Below are positions 1 to 13,082 of a stretch of 64,000 nucleotides of DNA, piece by piece. Within the stretch, counting starts at the first letter, position 1. Every line of letters starts with the position of its first letter. The notes beneath the pieces are model-generated. The model made no database searches. It was not told where the DNA came from and worked only from the letters and a program-made list of their open reading frames with translations. Location: the NCBI GenBank assembly GCA_963747235.1, contig CAVVEU010000014.1, positions 160,001 through 224,000 of the forward strand. The letters run 5' to 3'. A program made the position numbers and the translations under genes. This stretch comes from an uncultured Candidatus Rokubacteria bacterium. Its GTDB lineage: Bacteria; Methylomirabilota; Methylomirabilia; Rokubacteriales; CSP1-6.

Positions 1-1321
<1,321 letters not shown>

Positions 1322-1404
1322 GCTGAGTCTCCTCCGATTCGATGGAATTGGCCGCGCCCCTGTGGGCCCGGCCGGGTTTGTTTGGGTTGCGCTCCTCGAA
1401 GGAA

Positions 1405-1692
1405 CTACTCGATGATCGCGAGCACGTCCTCTTCACGCAGGATCAGGTACTCCTCGTCGTCCAGCTTGACCTCGGAGCCCGAGTACTTGCCGAAGAGGAT
1501 CTTGTCGCCGGCCTTCACGTCGAGGGGGATCTTCTTGCCGTCCTCGTTCACCTTCCCGCCCCCCACCGCGATGACCTTCCCCTCCTGGGGCTTTTCCTTC
1601 GCGGTGTCCGGGATGATGATCCCGCCCTTCTTGACCTCTTTCTCCTCTTCCCGCTTCACGAGAATTCGGTCATGCAACGGACGAATCTTCAT
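1405..1692 (-). CDS. groS: Co-chaperonin GroES
   Basis: [14 protein letters not shown]...[16 protein letters not shown]...[10 protein letters not shown]. Confidence 0.98.
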   Translation of the reverse strand: MKIRPLHDRILVKREEEKEVKKGGIIIPDTAKEKPQEGKVIAVGGGKVNEDGKKIPLDVKAGDKILFGKYSGSEVKLDDEEYLILREEDVLAIIE

Positions 1693-1752
1693 AGTCAACG
1701 CGCCTCCAGATAGTAAGATGTTTGGCCTTGCGGGCTGGTCCCGCTGCAGGGC

Positions 1753-1779
1753 TTAGCACTCAACCAAGCCGAGTGCTAA
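1753..1779. promoter_or_regulatory. CIRCE operator (HrcA binding site)
   Basis: Exact TTAGCACTC-N9-GAGTGCTAA upstream of groES. Confidence 0.97.
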
Positions 1780-1805
1780 TATAGCAGCGCTTCCCGGGAT
1801 GTCAA
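1778..1805 (-). promoter_or_regulatory. Sigma70-type promoter of groESL
   Basis: TTGACA (1805-1800), 16 nt, TATATT (1783-1778) with an extended -10 TG; abuts CIRCE. Confidence 0.75.
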
Positions 1806-1849
1806 TTCAAAAAGAGCCTTAAAAATAAGCACCTTGGAAAGGCAGGCTC

Positions 1850-2845
1850 ATGGCCACTGGCGCCGGTAGACCCGCGATCCTGATCTCCCGTCAGCTGCCC
1901 GAGCCGGCCGTCCAGCTCGCGCGGAGCCGGGCCGAGGTCGACGCGTACGCCAACGACGCGCCCATGCCGCGGGCGGAATTGCTCGAGCGTCTGGCCGGCA
2001 AGCAGGGCCTCATCTGCGTGATCAGCGAGGTCATCGACGAGGCGCTGCTCGCGACGCGGCCGGGCCTGCGCGTGGTCTCCAACGTCGCGGTGGGCTACAA
2101 CAACGTGGACGTCGCGGCCTGCACGCGGCGCGGCGTCGTGGTCACCAACACGCCCGACGTGCTCACCGACACCACCGCCGACTTCGCCTGGACCCTGCTC
2201 ATGGCCACGGCCCGCCGCCTGGTCGAGGCCGATCGCTACACGCGCGAGGGCCGCTTCCGGCAGTGGGAGTACATGCTGCTGCAGGGCGGCGACGTGCACG
2301 GCAAGACGCTCGGCGTGGTCGGCTTCGGGCGCATCGGCCGCGCCATGGCCCGGCGCGCCCTGGGCTTCGGCATGCGCGTGCTCTACCAGGACGCGGTGGC
2401 CGCCGATCCCGCCACCGAGCGCGCGCTCAACGCCACCCGCGTGGACCTGGCCACCCTGCTGCGCGACGCCGACTTCGTGACCCTGCACACCCCGCTCATC
2501 CCCGAGACGCGCCACCTGATCAACGCCGAGTCGCTCCGGACCATGAAGAAGACCGCGTACCTGATCAATGCCGCGCGCGGCCCGGTGGTGGACGAGGCCG
2601 CGCTGGTGGCTGCCCTCACGGAGGGCCGGATCGCGGGCGCGGGCCTCGACGTCTTCGAGGAGGAGCCCACGGTGCACCCGGGGCTCATCGGGCTGTCCAA
2701 CGTCGTGCTGGCGCCCCACATCGCCAGCGCCTCGCACGAGACCCGCCTTCAGATGGCCACGCTCGCGGTCGAGAACTGCCTGGCCGTGCTGGAGGGCAAG
2801 ACCCCGCCGACGCCGGTGAATCCCGAGGCCTTGAAGCGCGCCTAG
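1850..2845 (+). CDS. D-2-hydroxyacid dehydrogenase (glyoxylate reductase/D-glycerate dehydrogenase-like)
   Basis: AVGYNNVD, NTPDVLT, GVVGFGRIG, INAARGPVVDE, AGLDVFEEEP, PHIASA motifs. Confidence 0.92.
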   Translation: MATGAGRPAILISRQLPEPAVQLARSRAEVDAYANDAPMPRAELLERLAGKQGLICVISEVIDEALLATRPGLRVVSNVAVGYNNVDVAACTRRGVVVTNTPDVLTDTTADFAWTLLMATARRLVEADRYTREGRFRQWEYMLLQGGDVHGKTLGVVGFGRIGRAMARRALGFGMRVLYQDAVAADPATERALNATRVDLATLLRDADFVTLHTPLIPETRHLINAESLRTMKKTAYLINAARGPVVDEAALVAALTEGRIAGAGLDVFEEEPTVHPGLIGLSNVVLAPHIASASHETRLQMATLAVENCLAVLEGKTPPTPVNPEALKRA

Positions 2846-2847
2846 CC

Positions 2848-3876
<1,029 letters not shown>

Positions 3877-3890
3877 TCCCCACCTCATAT

Positions 3891-3918
3891 CCCTCTCCCC
3901 CGAGGGGAGGGTGAGGGG
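3891..3918. repeat. CCCTCTCCCC/GGGGAGAGGG hairpin repeat, shortened copy
   Basis: ccctctcccccgaggggagggtgagggg between convergent genes. Confidence 0.7.
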
Positions 3919-3925
3919 TCGCAGG

Positions 3926-5581
3926 CTACCGTCGCGACGACGTGAGCCGGATCAGCAGGATCACCGGCAGCAGCCCCACCGCCACCAGCGTCAGCGCCGG
4001 CACCGCCGCCTCCTGCCACATCGATTCCGCGGTGCGCTCCCAGATCTCCACCGCCAGGGTATTGAGCCCGAAGGGACGCAGCAGCAGGGTGGCCGGCATC
4101 TCCTTCATCGTCTCGACGAAGACGAGCACGACCGCGGTGAGCAGCCCGCCCCGGATGAGCGGCAGGTGCACGCGGCGGAGCGCCGAGCCCGCCCGGGCGC
4201 CCAGCACCCGCGCCGCGTCGTCGAGGCTCGGCGGGATCCTGCCGAGGCTCGCGTCCACCGTCTGCAGGCCCACCGCGAGGAAGCGCACCACGTAGGCCAG
4301 GATGAGGCCCGCCGCGGAGCCGGTGAGCAGCAGCCCGAGCGGCCGGCCGAGCGCGCGCTCGAGCGCGGGCACCAGCGCGTGGTCGGCCCAGGCGAGCGGG
4401 AGCAGCACGCCCACCGCGATCACCGCGCCCGGCAGCGCGTACCCCATCGAGGCGAGCTGGGCCGCCACGCGGACGGTGGCGGTCCCGTGCAGCCGCCCCG
4501 CGTAGGCCAGCAGCACCGCGAGCAGCGAGGCCACCGCGGCGGTGGCGCCCGCGAGCGCACAGGTGTGCCAGAGCAGCGTGGCGAAGTCGGGCGCCACCTG
4601 CCCCGCGCGGATCGCGCTGATCGCCCACCACGCGAGCTGGCCCACCGGGAGCAGGAACGCGAGCGCGAGCACGCCGACGCAGGCGCCGGTCGCGGCGGCG
4701 GCCCGCCACCCGGCGAGGCGCACCGGCTCCACCACCGGCCGGCGCCGGCCGCTCTGGGTGAAGCGGGCGCGGCCACGCGAATGCCGCTCGAGCAGGAGCA
4801 GGCCTGCCGCGAAGACGAGCAGCAGGCTGGCGAGCTGGGTCGCCGCGATGCGGTCGAACATCCCGTACCAGACCCGGTAGATCGCCTCGGTGAGGGTGCG
4901 GTAGCCGAAGCTGGCGACGGTGCCGAAGTCCGCCAGCGCCTCCATCATCGCGAGGGCCACGCCGGCGACCAGCGCCGGGCGCGCCATGGGCACCGTGATG
5001 CGGAGGAACGCGGCGCCGCGCGACCGCCCCAGCATCCTGGCCACCTCGACGGAGGCGGCGCCCTGCTCGCGGAAGGCCACGCGCGCCAGCAGGTACACGT
5101 AGGGATAGAAGACCAGTGTCATCATCACCACGACGCCCGCGAAGGAGCGGATCTCGGGCAGCCGCGCGCCGGCGCCGATCCAGCGGCGCAGCCCGCTCTG
5201 CAGCGGCCCCGCGTACTCGAACAGGCCGATGAACGCGAAGCCGATCACGTAGGCCGGCACGGCGAGCGGCAGGATCAGCGCCCATTCGAGCACGCCGCGC
5301 CCGGGGAAGCGATGGTGCACGACGAGCCAGGCGAGCCCGCCCCCCACCACCAGGGTGCCGACGCCGACCCCGACCAGCAGCAGCAAGGTCTGCCCCACGA
5401 GCTCGAGGAGCTGGGTGCGCCAGAGATGGAGCCAGACGTCGCCCGCGGGAATCGCGAGGGAGGAGACGACCGCCGCGATGGGCACCGCGAGGACCGTCGT
5501 GATGCCGACCGCGAGCCAGGTCCAGAGGGACGGCCCCGCCGGCCGCAGCGCGAACACGCGGCCGGCGGGCCCTACCGCCAC
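3926..5581 (-). CDS. Fe3+ ABC transporter permease (FbpB/FutB-like)
   Basis: Two permease repeats (LPLAVPAYV, EVARMLG, LDDAARVLGA, MKEMPATLLLRP); next to the iron-binding protein. Confidence 0.9.
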   Translation of the reverse strand: MAVGPAGRVFALRPAGPSLWTWLAVGITTVLAVPIAAVVSSLAIPAGDVWLHLWRTQLLELVGQTLLLLVGVGVGTLVVGGGLAWLVVHHRFPGRGVLEWALILPLAVPAYVIGFAFIGLFEYAGPLQSGLRRWIGAGARLPEIRSFAGVVVMMTLVFYPYVYLLARVAFREQGAASVEVARMLGRSRGAAFLRITVPMARPALVAGVALAMMEALADFGTVASFGYRTLTEAIYRVWYGMFDRIAATQLASLLLVFAAGLLLLERHSRGRARFTQSGRRRPVVEPVRLAGWRAAAATGACVGVLALAFLLPVGQLAWWAISAIRAGQVAPDFATLLWHTCALAGATAAVASLLAVLLAYAGRLHGTATVRVAAQLASMGYALPGAVIAVGVLLPLAWADHALVPALERALGRPLGLLLTGSAAGLILAYVVRFLAVGLQTVDASLGRIPPSLDDAARVLGARAGSALRRVHLPLIRGGLLTAVVLVFVETMKEMPATLLLRPFGLNTLAVEIWERTAESMWQEAAVPALTLVAVGLLPVILLIRLTSSRR

Positions 5582-5588
5582 CGCGGGC

Positions 5589-6612
5589 TTACTTGTACCC
5601 CGCCCGGTCCGCCAGCTTCGTCGCGGCCGCCTGGAACTCGCCGGCCGCCGCGATGTTGGTGTCGTCCTGCTTGAACTTGCCCCATGAGGCGATCAGGGGA
5701 TTCACGCCCGCCTGCGGATTCGCCGGGTACTCGAAGTTGGAGTCGGCGAACATCTGCTGGGCCTCGGGGCTCGTGAGGAACTCGATCAGCTTGATGGCCT
5801 CGGCGCGGTTCTTCGCGTGAGTCGTGACGCCCGCGCCCGAGATGTTCACGTGCGTCCCGGTCGTCTGCTGGTTGGCCCAGAAGGCGGCCACCGGGAACGC
5901 CGCGTCCTTGGCCAGGATGCGCCCGAGGTAGTACGTGTTGGTCAGGGCCACGTCGCACTGCCCGGCCGCGACCGCCTCCAGGATCTTGGTGTCGCCCTGG
6001 ATGAGGGTGGGATTGTTGGCGACCCAGCCCTTCACGATGCTCTCCGCCTTCGGCTCGCCGTACCGCTTGATCATGGTGGCCAGCAGCGACTGGTTATAGA
6101 TGTGGGTCGAGCTCCGCAGGCAGAGCCGGCCCTTCCACTTGGGATCGCCGAGCGCCTCGTAGGTGGAGAGCTCCTCCGGCTTCACCTTCTTGGTGTTGTA
6201 CATGATGGTGCGGGCGCGCACCGTGAGCCCGACCCACCGGCTCTCCGGATCGCGCAGGTGGGCGGGGATATTGACCTGGATCTCGGGCGAGTCCACCTCG
6301 GCCGAGCAGCCCCGCGCGCGCCGCGTTCCAGAGGTTGCCCGCGTCCACGCTGATCAGCACGTCGGCCGGCGTCTTGTCGCCCTCGGCCTTCAGGCGCTCG
6401 AAGAGCGGGCCGGACTCGCCGCCGAAGCTCTTCACCACGATGCCGGTCTTCTTGGTGAAGGCCTCCATCGCCGGCTCCTGCCCGTAGTGCGCGCGCGCCG
6501 AATAGACCATCACGTCCGCGCTCTCGCCCGTGGCGGCCACGCTCGCGGCGGCCAACCCGAGCGCCACCGCCAGGATCCGGGCCCCGCCTCGTCTCGTCTG
6601 CCGTGCCGTCAT
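5589..6612 (-). CDS. Fe3+ ABC transporter substrate-binding protein (FutA/FbpA-like); frameshift near 6300
   Basis: ORFs 6094-6612 and 5589-6296 join; signal peptide, YSARAHY, TPADVLISVDAGNL, NTYYLGR, HVNISGAG. Confidence 0.88.
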
Positions 6613-6655
6613 GGTCGTCTCTCCCTCGCCGTGCCGTGGTGGGTGAAGCGGAGAG

Positions 6656-6692
6656 TGAGGCTACCCTAACCATCAGAGTGTGTCAAACCTAA
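6656..6692 (-). promoter_or_regulatory. Promoter of the iron-uptake operon with a DtxR/IdeR-like palindrome
   Basis: TTGACA (6686-6681), 17 nt, TAGCCT (6663-6658); TTAGG-gtag-CCTCA overlaps the -10. Confidence 0.6.
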
Positions 6693-6713
6693 AACGGGCG
6701 GGTAGAATGCCTC

Positions 6714-7352
6714 ATGGACCCGCAGCTCTGGGCCTTCCTGCTGGTGGCGACCCTGCTCGCGGTGACCCCGGGGGCGGACACCCTGCTCGTGGCGCGCAAT
6801 GTCCTCGGGCGCGGCCGGACCGCGGGGCTCGCGACCATCGCCGGCATCGCCGCGGGCTGCTTCGTCCACGCCGCGCTCTCCGCGGTCGGGGTCTCGCTCA
6901 TCCTGGTGCGCTCGGCGGAGGCCTTCCACGCGCTCAAGTGGGGCGGCGCGGCCTACCTCATCATCCTGGGCATCCAGTCGATCCGGGGCTGGTGGCGCGC
7001 CGACGACGTGGCGCCGGCCGCCGCGGAAACGGATCGGGAGCGGACGGGAGCCCGACGGCTCCGGTCCTTCCTGGAGGGGCTGCTCACCAACGTGCTGAAC
7101 CCGAAGGTGGGGCTCTTCTACCTGGCGTTCCTGCCCCAGTTCATCGGGCCGGGCGATCCGGTGTTCGCGCGGTCGCTGCTCCTGGGCGGGCTGCACGTCG
7201 GCATCGGCGTCGTCTGGCTCTCGCTGCTGTCGTTCTCGCTCGTGCGGATCCGCCCGCTGGTGGAGAGCCGGCTCTGGCGCGCCCGGCTCGAAGGCGCGAG
7301 CGGGGCGGTGCTGATCGCGCTCGGGGTCAGGCTGGCTGCCGAGCGCCGCTGA
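6714..7352 (+). CDS. LysE/RhtB family translocator
   Basis: TPGADTLLV, LKWGGAAYL, GLLTNVLNPKVGLFYLAFLPQF. Confidence 0.93.
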   Translation: MDPQLWAFLLVATLLAVTPGADTLLVARNVLGRGRTAGLATIAGIAAGCFVHAALSAVGVSLILVRSAEAFHALKWGGAAYLIILGIQSIRGWWRADDVAPAAAETDRERTGARRLRSFLEGLLTNVLNPKVGLFYLAFLPQFIGPGDPVFARSLLLGGLHVGIGVVWLSLLSFSLVRIRPLVESRLWRARLEGASGAVLIALGVRLAAERR

Positions 7353-8588
7353 GGCCCGCGACCCGCTCGAGGCGCCGGCCCAGCCGCTCCAGGCGGTGCT
7401 CGAACGCGGCGAGCACGCGCGCGGAGGCGCGGTGCCGCCGGGCGAGCGCCAGGGCCTGCTCCACCACCTGGAGCGCCGCCGCGAGATCGCGCCGGCGATG
7501 CTCGTGGACCTTGGCGATCTCCTCCCACGGCCGCGGGTCGAACTCGCGGGGTGAATGGGCCGCCGCCTCCCACAGCGCGCGCGCCTCGTCCCAGCGCGCC
7601 AGGCGCTTCTCGCGATGCGCGAGCCGCAGCAGCAGGCGCTCGCGCGAGGGCGTCGGCAGCCCGGTGTCGAGCGCCAGGCGATAGCACGCCAGGCTCCGCT
7701 CCGGGTCCGCGCCCTCGAGCATCCGGCCGAGACCGGCCAGCGCTTCCGGATCGAGCTCGGGATGCGGCGCGCGCGCCACCGCGTCCGCGACCCAGCCGGT
7801 GAGCGCGGCGAGCGAGAGGATGTCGTGCCGGTTGTGCTCGAACACGCGCGGCAGCTCGTCCGGCCGCTTGCGCCGCAGGTACTCGAAGTACACGGTGGGG
7901 ATCAGCGCGCCCGGCAGGTCGTCGTCTCGGAGAAAGCCCAGCACGTCCTGCTCGACCGTCCCGAGCCGGCAATCGGCCAGGCGCGCGCTCCAGAGCCGCC
8001 GCGCCGGGCCGAGCAGGTCCACGTGGAAGACGTCGCCGGGAAACCGGCGGCGGCCGAGCACGAAGCGCGTCTCGAGCAGCGGCAGGTCGAAGCCGGCCCC
8101 GTTGTAGGTCACGAAGCCGTCGAACTTCCGGAACGTCTCCTCGAGGACGGTCAGCAGCGCCGGCTCCTCGTCGAGATCGCGCATGAAGAACTGGCGCACC
8201 TCGAACTCGTCGCCGTCGAAGAAGCCGACGCCGACCAGGAACGCGTAGGTGCCGGTCCCGCCCGCGAGCCCGGTGGTCTCGGTGTCGAGGTAGAGCAGGC
8301 GGCGCCCGTCGGCGACCGTCTCGCCGCCGCGGCTCAGCAGGGCCAGCGCGGCCGGCGTGGCCTCGCGCGCGGCCAGCAGCGGCTGCGCGCCGTGCCGGTG
8401 GCCCACCGGGTACCGGCGGCGCACCACCAGGAGCTTGCCCGCGCTCGGTCTCCTCGACGGCGCCGCTCGAGCAATGCCTCCAATGTCGGGCGGGCCGCCG
8501 CCGAAGACGAGGCGAGCGGATTCGACGTCCGCGTCTTCGCCTCGATGCGGCGAATGATCCGGGTCAGCTCGGTGAGATCGCGCGCCAC
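7327..8588 (-). CDS. mrfB: MrfB/YprB-like RNase H-fold exonuclease with helical/TPR-like C-terminus; frameshift near 8440
   Basis: [42 protein letters not shown]; directly downstream of the DUF1998 helicase. Confidence 0.8.
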
Positions 8589-8601
8589 GGGGACGGAAGG
8601 G

Positions 8602-10955
8602 TCAGCGCCGGGCCACGAGACGCTTGAGGATCGCGAGCGTGATCGGCTTGGCCTGGCGCCCCACCTCGTTCACGGGCCCCACGCACGAGGGACAGCCGCT
8701 CCGGCAGCCGCAGGCCTCGAGCGTCTCGAGCCCGCGCGCGAGCAGATCCGGCAGCACCTCGAAGATCCGCTCGGCCAGCCCGATGCCGCCCGGCTGGTTG
8801 TCGTAGAGGTAGATCGTGGGCGTGAAGGTCTCGCCCTGGAGGAGCTGGGCCCGCATGGTCTCGCGCGTCACCACCTGCCCCGCCTGCGACGGCGAGCCGT
8901 CGCCGAGCCACGCCCCCACGTCGCGGATGTCGCACAGCAGGAAGATCGGGGCCAGGCTGTGGAGGAGATGGGTGAGCGCGCGGAGCCCGTCCACCAGGTC
9001 GTCGCGGCGCGGGGAGATCTCGGCGAGCAGCCCGGGATGGAGCGTGAGCCAGACGCTGGTGGTCTGCATCTCCTGCTGCGGCAGCTCCACCTCGCCCGAG
9101 CCCACGTTCTCCAGCGTGCCCATCTTGATCTTCTTGAAGCCGACGACCTTCTCGGCCACCAGCACCTCGCCCTGCTCGGCGAGCAGGCCGGGCGTCTCCT
9201 GCCGGCCGAAGCGCTGGAGGATCCACACGCCCTTGGCGCTGATCGCGTCGGTGAAGTAGTCCACCTGCACCCGCTTGACGTAGGCCACCTTCTCCTCGTC
9301 CTCGCGGTAGTGGAGCTCCTGCACCTCGAAGGGATCGCCCTCCAGCATGTAGATCGCCTTCGGATAGATCATGGAGAAGGCGCTCTTCCAGTCCACCTCC
9401 GCGATGATCTGCCTTCGCTTGACCTGGGCCGCGTCGCGCGCCGTGGTGTCGATGACCAGGAAGTTGTCGGAGGTGACGGTGCGCAGCGAGATGTGGTCGG
9501 CCGGATAGGTCTCCGAGCTCCAGTGGAAGTGCTCCCCCGCCCGGTGGAGCACCCCCTCGTCCTCGAGCGCGGCCAGGTGCGCGGACACGTCGCCACCGAA
9601 GGCCTCCTCCGCTCCGATCGGCAGCTCGAAGGCCGCGCACTTGACGTGGTTGATCAGGATGAAGGGATTCTCCGGATTGATCCGCGCGTGCTCGGGCGAC
9701 GCTCCGAAGAGATAGTCGGGATGCGCGGCCAGGTACTGGTCCATCGGGGAGCTGGTGGCCACCATCACCGCGGCGGACTCGCCGGTGCGCCGGCCCGCGC
9801 GACCCGCCTGCTGCCACATGGACGCGATGGTGCCGGGATAGCCCGCGAGCACCGCGACGTCCAGGTGCCCGATGTCGATCCCCAGCTCGAGCGCGCTCGT
9901 GGACACCACGCCGAGGACGTCGCCCGAGCGCAGCCCCTGCTCCACCTCGCGCCGCCGCAGCGGCAGGTACCCGCCGCGGTAGCCGCGCACGATGCCGGAG
10001 TCGCCCGTCTTGTCCTCGACGCCCTTCTTGATCGAGGCCAGCACGACCTCGGTCGAGAGGCGGCTCTGGCAGAACACGATGGTGGCGACCTTCTGCTTCA
10101 GGAAGCGCGTCGCGAGCTTGGACGCCTCGCCCAGATAGGGCGCGCGGATGCCGAGCTCGGGATTCACCACCGGCGGGTTGTAGACCATGAAGGTCTTCTC
10201 CCCGGTGGGCGCGCCGCTCTCGTTCAGCTCGACCACCGTCTCCCCGGTGAGCCGCTGCGCCAGGTCGCCGCGGATTGGCGATGGTGGCGGAGGCCATGAT
10301 GAACTGCGGCGTCGCCCCGTAGTGCCGGCAGATGCGCTTGAGCCGGCGCAGCACGTTGGCGAGATGGCTGCCGAAGACGCCGCGATAGGCGTGCAGCTCG
10401 TCGATCACGACGTACTTGAGGTTCTGGAAGAGGTTCACCCACTTGGTGTGATGCGGCAGGATCCCCGAGTGCAGCATGTCGGGATTGGTCAGGACCAGGT
10501 TCGCCCGCGCGCGCACCGAGCGGCGCGCGTCCTGCGGGGTGTCGCCGTCGTAGGTGAACATCCGCATGTCGGGCAGCGTCTTCGACAGCTCCATCAGCTC
10601 GGCGAGCTGATCCTGCGCGAGCGCCTTGGTGGGGAAGAGGTAGAGCACCCGCGCCTCCGGCTGCTGCACCAGCGCCTGGAGCACGGGCAGGTTGTAGCAG
10701 AGGGTCTTGCCGGAGGCGGTCGGCGTGACCACCACGAGGTGCTCGCCCTTGGCCACCGTGTCGAAGGCCTTGGCCTGGTGCGAGTAGAGCTGCCCGACGC
10801 CGCGCGCCTTGAGCGCCTCCACGATGCGGGGGTCGAGCGAGGACGGAAACGGCGCGAACACGGGGGGTTTGGCGTCGAAGTGCCGGAGCGGCGGTGATGA
10901 GCGGGCCGGTCTCGAGCGACGTCAAGAGCTCATCGAGGAGCTCCCGGATTTGCAT
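8602..10955 (-). CDS. mrfA: DEAD/DEAH helicase with DUF1998 (MrfA/YprA/Hrq1-like); frameshifts near 10880 and 10270
   Basis: [39 protein letters not shown]-terminal LLCD...[10 protein letters not shown]. Confidence 0.88.
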
Positions 10956-11021
10956 GGCTCATCCTATGTTTAGTGAGCGCGGGTTGTCAACTTCGGGCCC
11001 CCTGTGCCACGCTAGACCACC

Positions 11022-11600
11022 GTGACGACGGCGCTCCGATTCCTGCCGCCGCTCGCGTGGTCGGTGCTGATCGCGTGGTTCTCGGGCGCCCGGTATCACG
11101 GGGGCGCCACGGCGCCGCTCGTCGAGCCCTGGCTGCGCGCGCTCCTGCCCTGGGCCACCCTCGAGCAGATCGCGGGAGCCCACTGGCTCCTGCGGAAGAC
11201 CGGCCACGTCGTCGAGTACGCGGTGCTCGCCCTGCTCTGGCGCCGCGCCCTGGCCGGCCCGGACGCGTCCGCGCCCTGGCGGTGGCCCCTCGCGCTCGCG
11301 GTGCTCACCGCCGGGCTCGACGAGATCCGCCAGGCCCTGACGCCCACCCGCGAAGGACGCGTCGCCGACGTGCTGCTCGACGGCGGCGCGGCGGCGGGCG
11401 CCCTGCTGGTGGCCGCGCTCGGCGCGCGGCGCGCCGCCGACGGGCTCGCGTGGGTCCTGCTCTGGGCCGCCGCCGCCGGCGGCACCGTGATGCTCGCGAT
11501 CGATGTGGCCGCGGCGGCGCCGTCGGGCTGGCTCTGGCTGAGCGTGCCCGCCGCGTGGCTCGCCCTCTGGGTCTGGCGGCGGAGGCGCGCCCGCGCGTGA
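11022..11600 (+). CDS. VanZ family membrane protein
   Basis: LRKTGHVVEYAVL, LDEIRQALTPTREGRVADVLLD. Confidence 0.85.
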   Translation: MTTALRFLPPLAWSVLIAWFSGARYHGGATAPLVEPWLRALLPWATLEQIAGAHWLLRKTGHVVEYAVLALLWRRALAGPDASAPWRWPLALAVLTAGLDEIRQALTPTREGRVADVLLDGGAAAGALLVAALGARRAADGLAWVLLWAAAAGGTVMLAIDVAAAAPSGWLWLSVPAAWLALWVWRRRRARA

Positions 11601-13067
11601 GCGATCTGCCCGCGTGGCGGCAGGGCGACCTGCCGCACGCGCCCGCCTACACCCCCATCAACCTGGTCCGGGTCATCGGGCCGGGCGCGATCCTGCTCGG
11701 GGTCTCGCTGGGCGCGGGCGACTGGCTGCTCGGCCCGGCCGTCGCGGTCGCCTACGGCCCGGCCCTCCTCTGGATCTGCACGCTGTCGATCCTGCTTCCA
11801 GGGCGTGCTCAACGCGGAGATGGCGCGCTACACCCTGGCCACCGGCGAGCCCATCTTCACGGGCTTCATGCGCCAGCGGCCGGGCGCGCGCTTCTGGGCC
11901 GCCGGCTACTCGCTGCTGCATCTGGCCCAGGTCGGCTGGCCGGGCTGGGCGCTCGCGGGCGGCTCCGCGCTGGCCGCGCTGCTGCTCGGCCGCGTGCCGC
12001 GCGCGGAGGACCGCGACGCGGTGGTCGGCCTCGGATTTCTGATCTTCCTCGGCGCGGTCGGCCTCCTGCTCCTCGGGCGGCGCGCCCAGCGCGCGCTCGA
12101 GATCACCGAGTGGATCATGATGGCGTGGATGCTGGGGCTCCTCGTGGCGCTGGCCGCCCGCTTCGTGCCCGGGCGGGCCTGGGCGGTGCTCGCGTGGAGC
12201 TTCGCGGGGCGGCCGCTGTGGGAGCCGGGGTGGATCCCGTCGAGCTTTCCCGCCGCCACGGTCGACTGGGCGCTCATCGCGGCCTTCGCGGCCTATTCCG
12301 GCGCGGGCGGCACGATCAACGCCATGCTCACCTACTGGCTGCGCGACAAGGGCTTCGGGATGGCGGGCACGGTGGGCGCGCAGCCGACACCGGTGGGCGA
12401 TCAGACGATCCTGCTGCCGCGCGACGGGGCCATCTTCCCGCCCAGCGAGGCGAACCTCGCCAAGTGGCGCGAGTGGTGGCGCTACCTCCGGGCGGACCTC
12501 TCCTATCTCTGGACGGCCGGCTGCCTGATCGGCATGGGGCTGCCGGTGCTGCTCGCCCTCGACGCGATACCGCCGGGCACGGACATGGGGGGCTTCGGGG
12601 CGGGCGCGGTCTTCGCGCGCGAGCTGGCCCGGCGCTACTCGGGGCTGCTCTGGCTGCCCGCGCTGCTGACCACGCTCTGGATCTTCTTCTCGACCCAGGT
12701 CGGCATCGTGGAGGGCTTCGCGCGCAACGTGACCGAGATGCTGTGGACGGCGGGCGTGCGACCCGCGACCGCGGGCGCGGGCTGGGTCTACTACCCGGTG
12801 CTCGCGCTCTTCGTGCTGGCCGGGTGCCTCGCCATGACGGTGGGCGACCCGCTCACCGTGATCGTGATCGGCGCCAACGTCGCGGCGCTGAACTTCGCGG
12901 TGCTGTCCTTCCACACCCTGCGCCTCAATCGCGCGCTGCTGCCGGAGGCGCTGCGGGCGCCGCTCTGGCGCGAGATCGTGGTGGCGGTGGGCGGGCTCGG
13001 GTTCGCCGCGCTGGCCCTCCTCGCGGCGGCGGCCCGGCTCGGGCTGCTCGCCGCGCCCGGCCGCTGA
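11597..13067 (+). CDS. Nramp-like/APC-fold membrane transporter; frameshift near 11797
   Basis: GPGAILLGVSLGAGDWLLGP then EMARYTLATGEP, YWLRDKGFGM; many TM segments. Confidence 0.75.
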
Positions 13068-13082
13068 GCGGACGCGGCCGAG

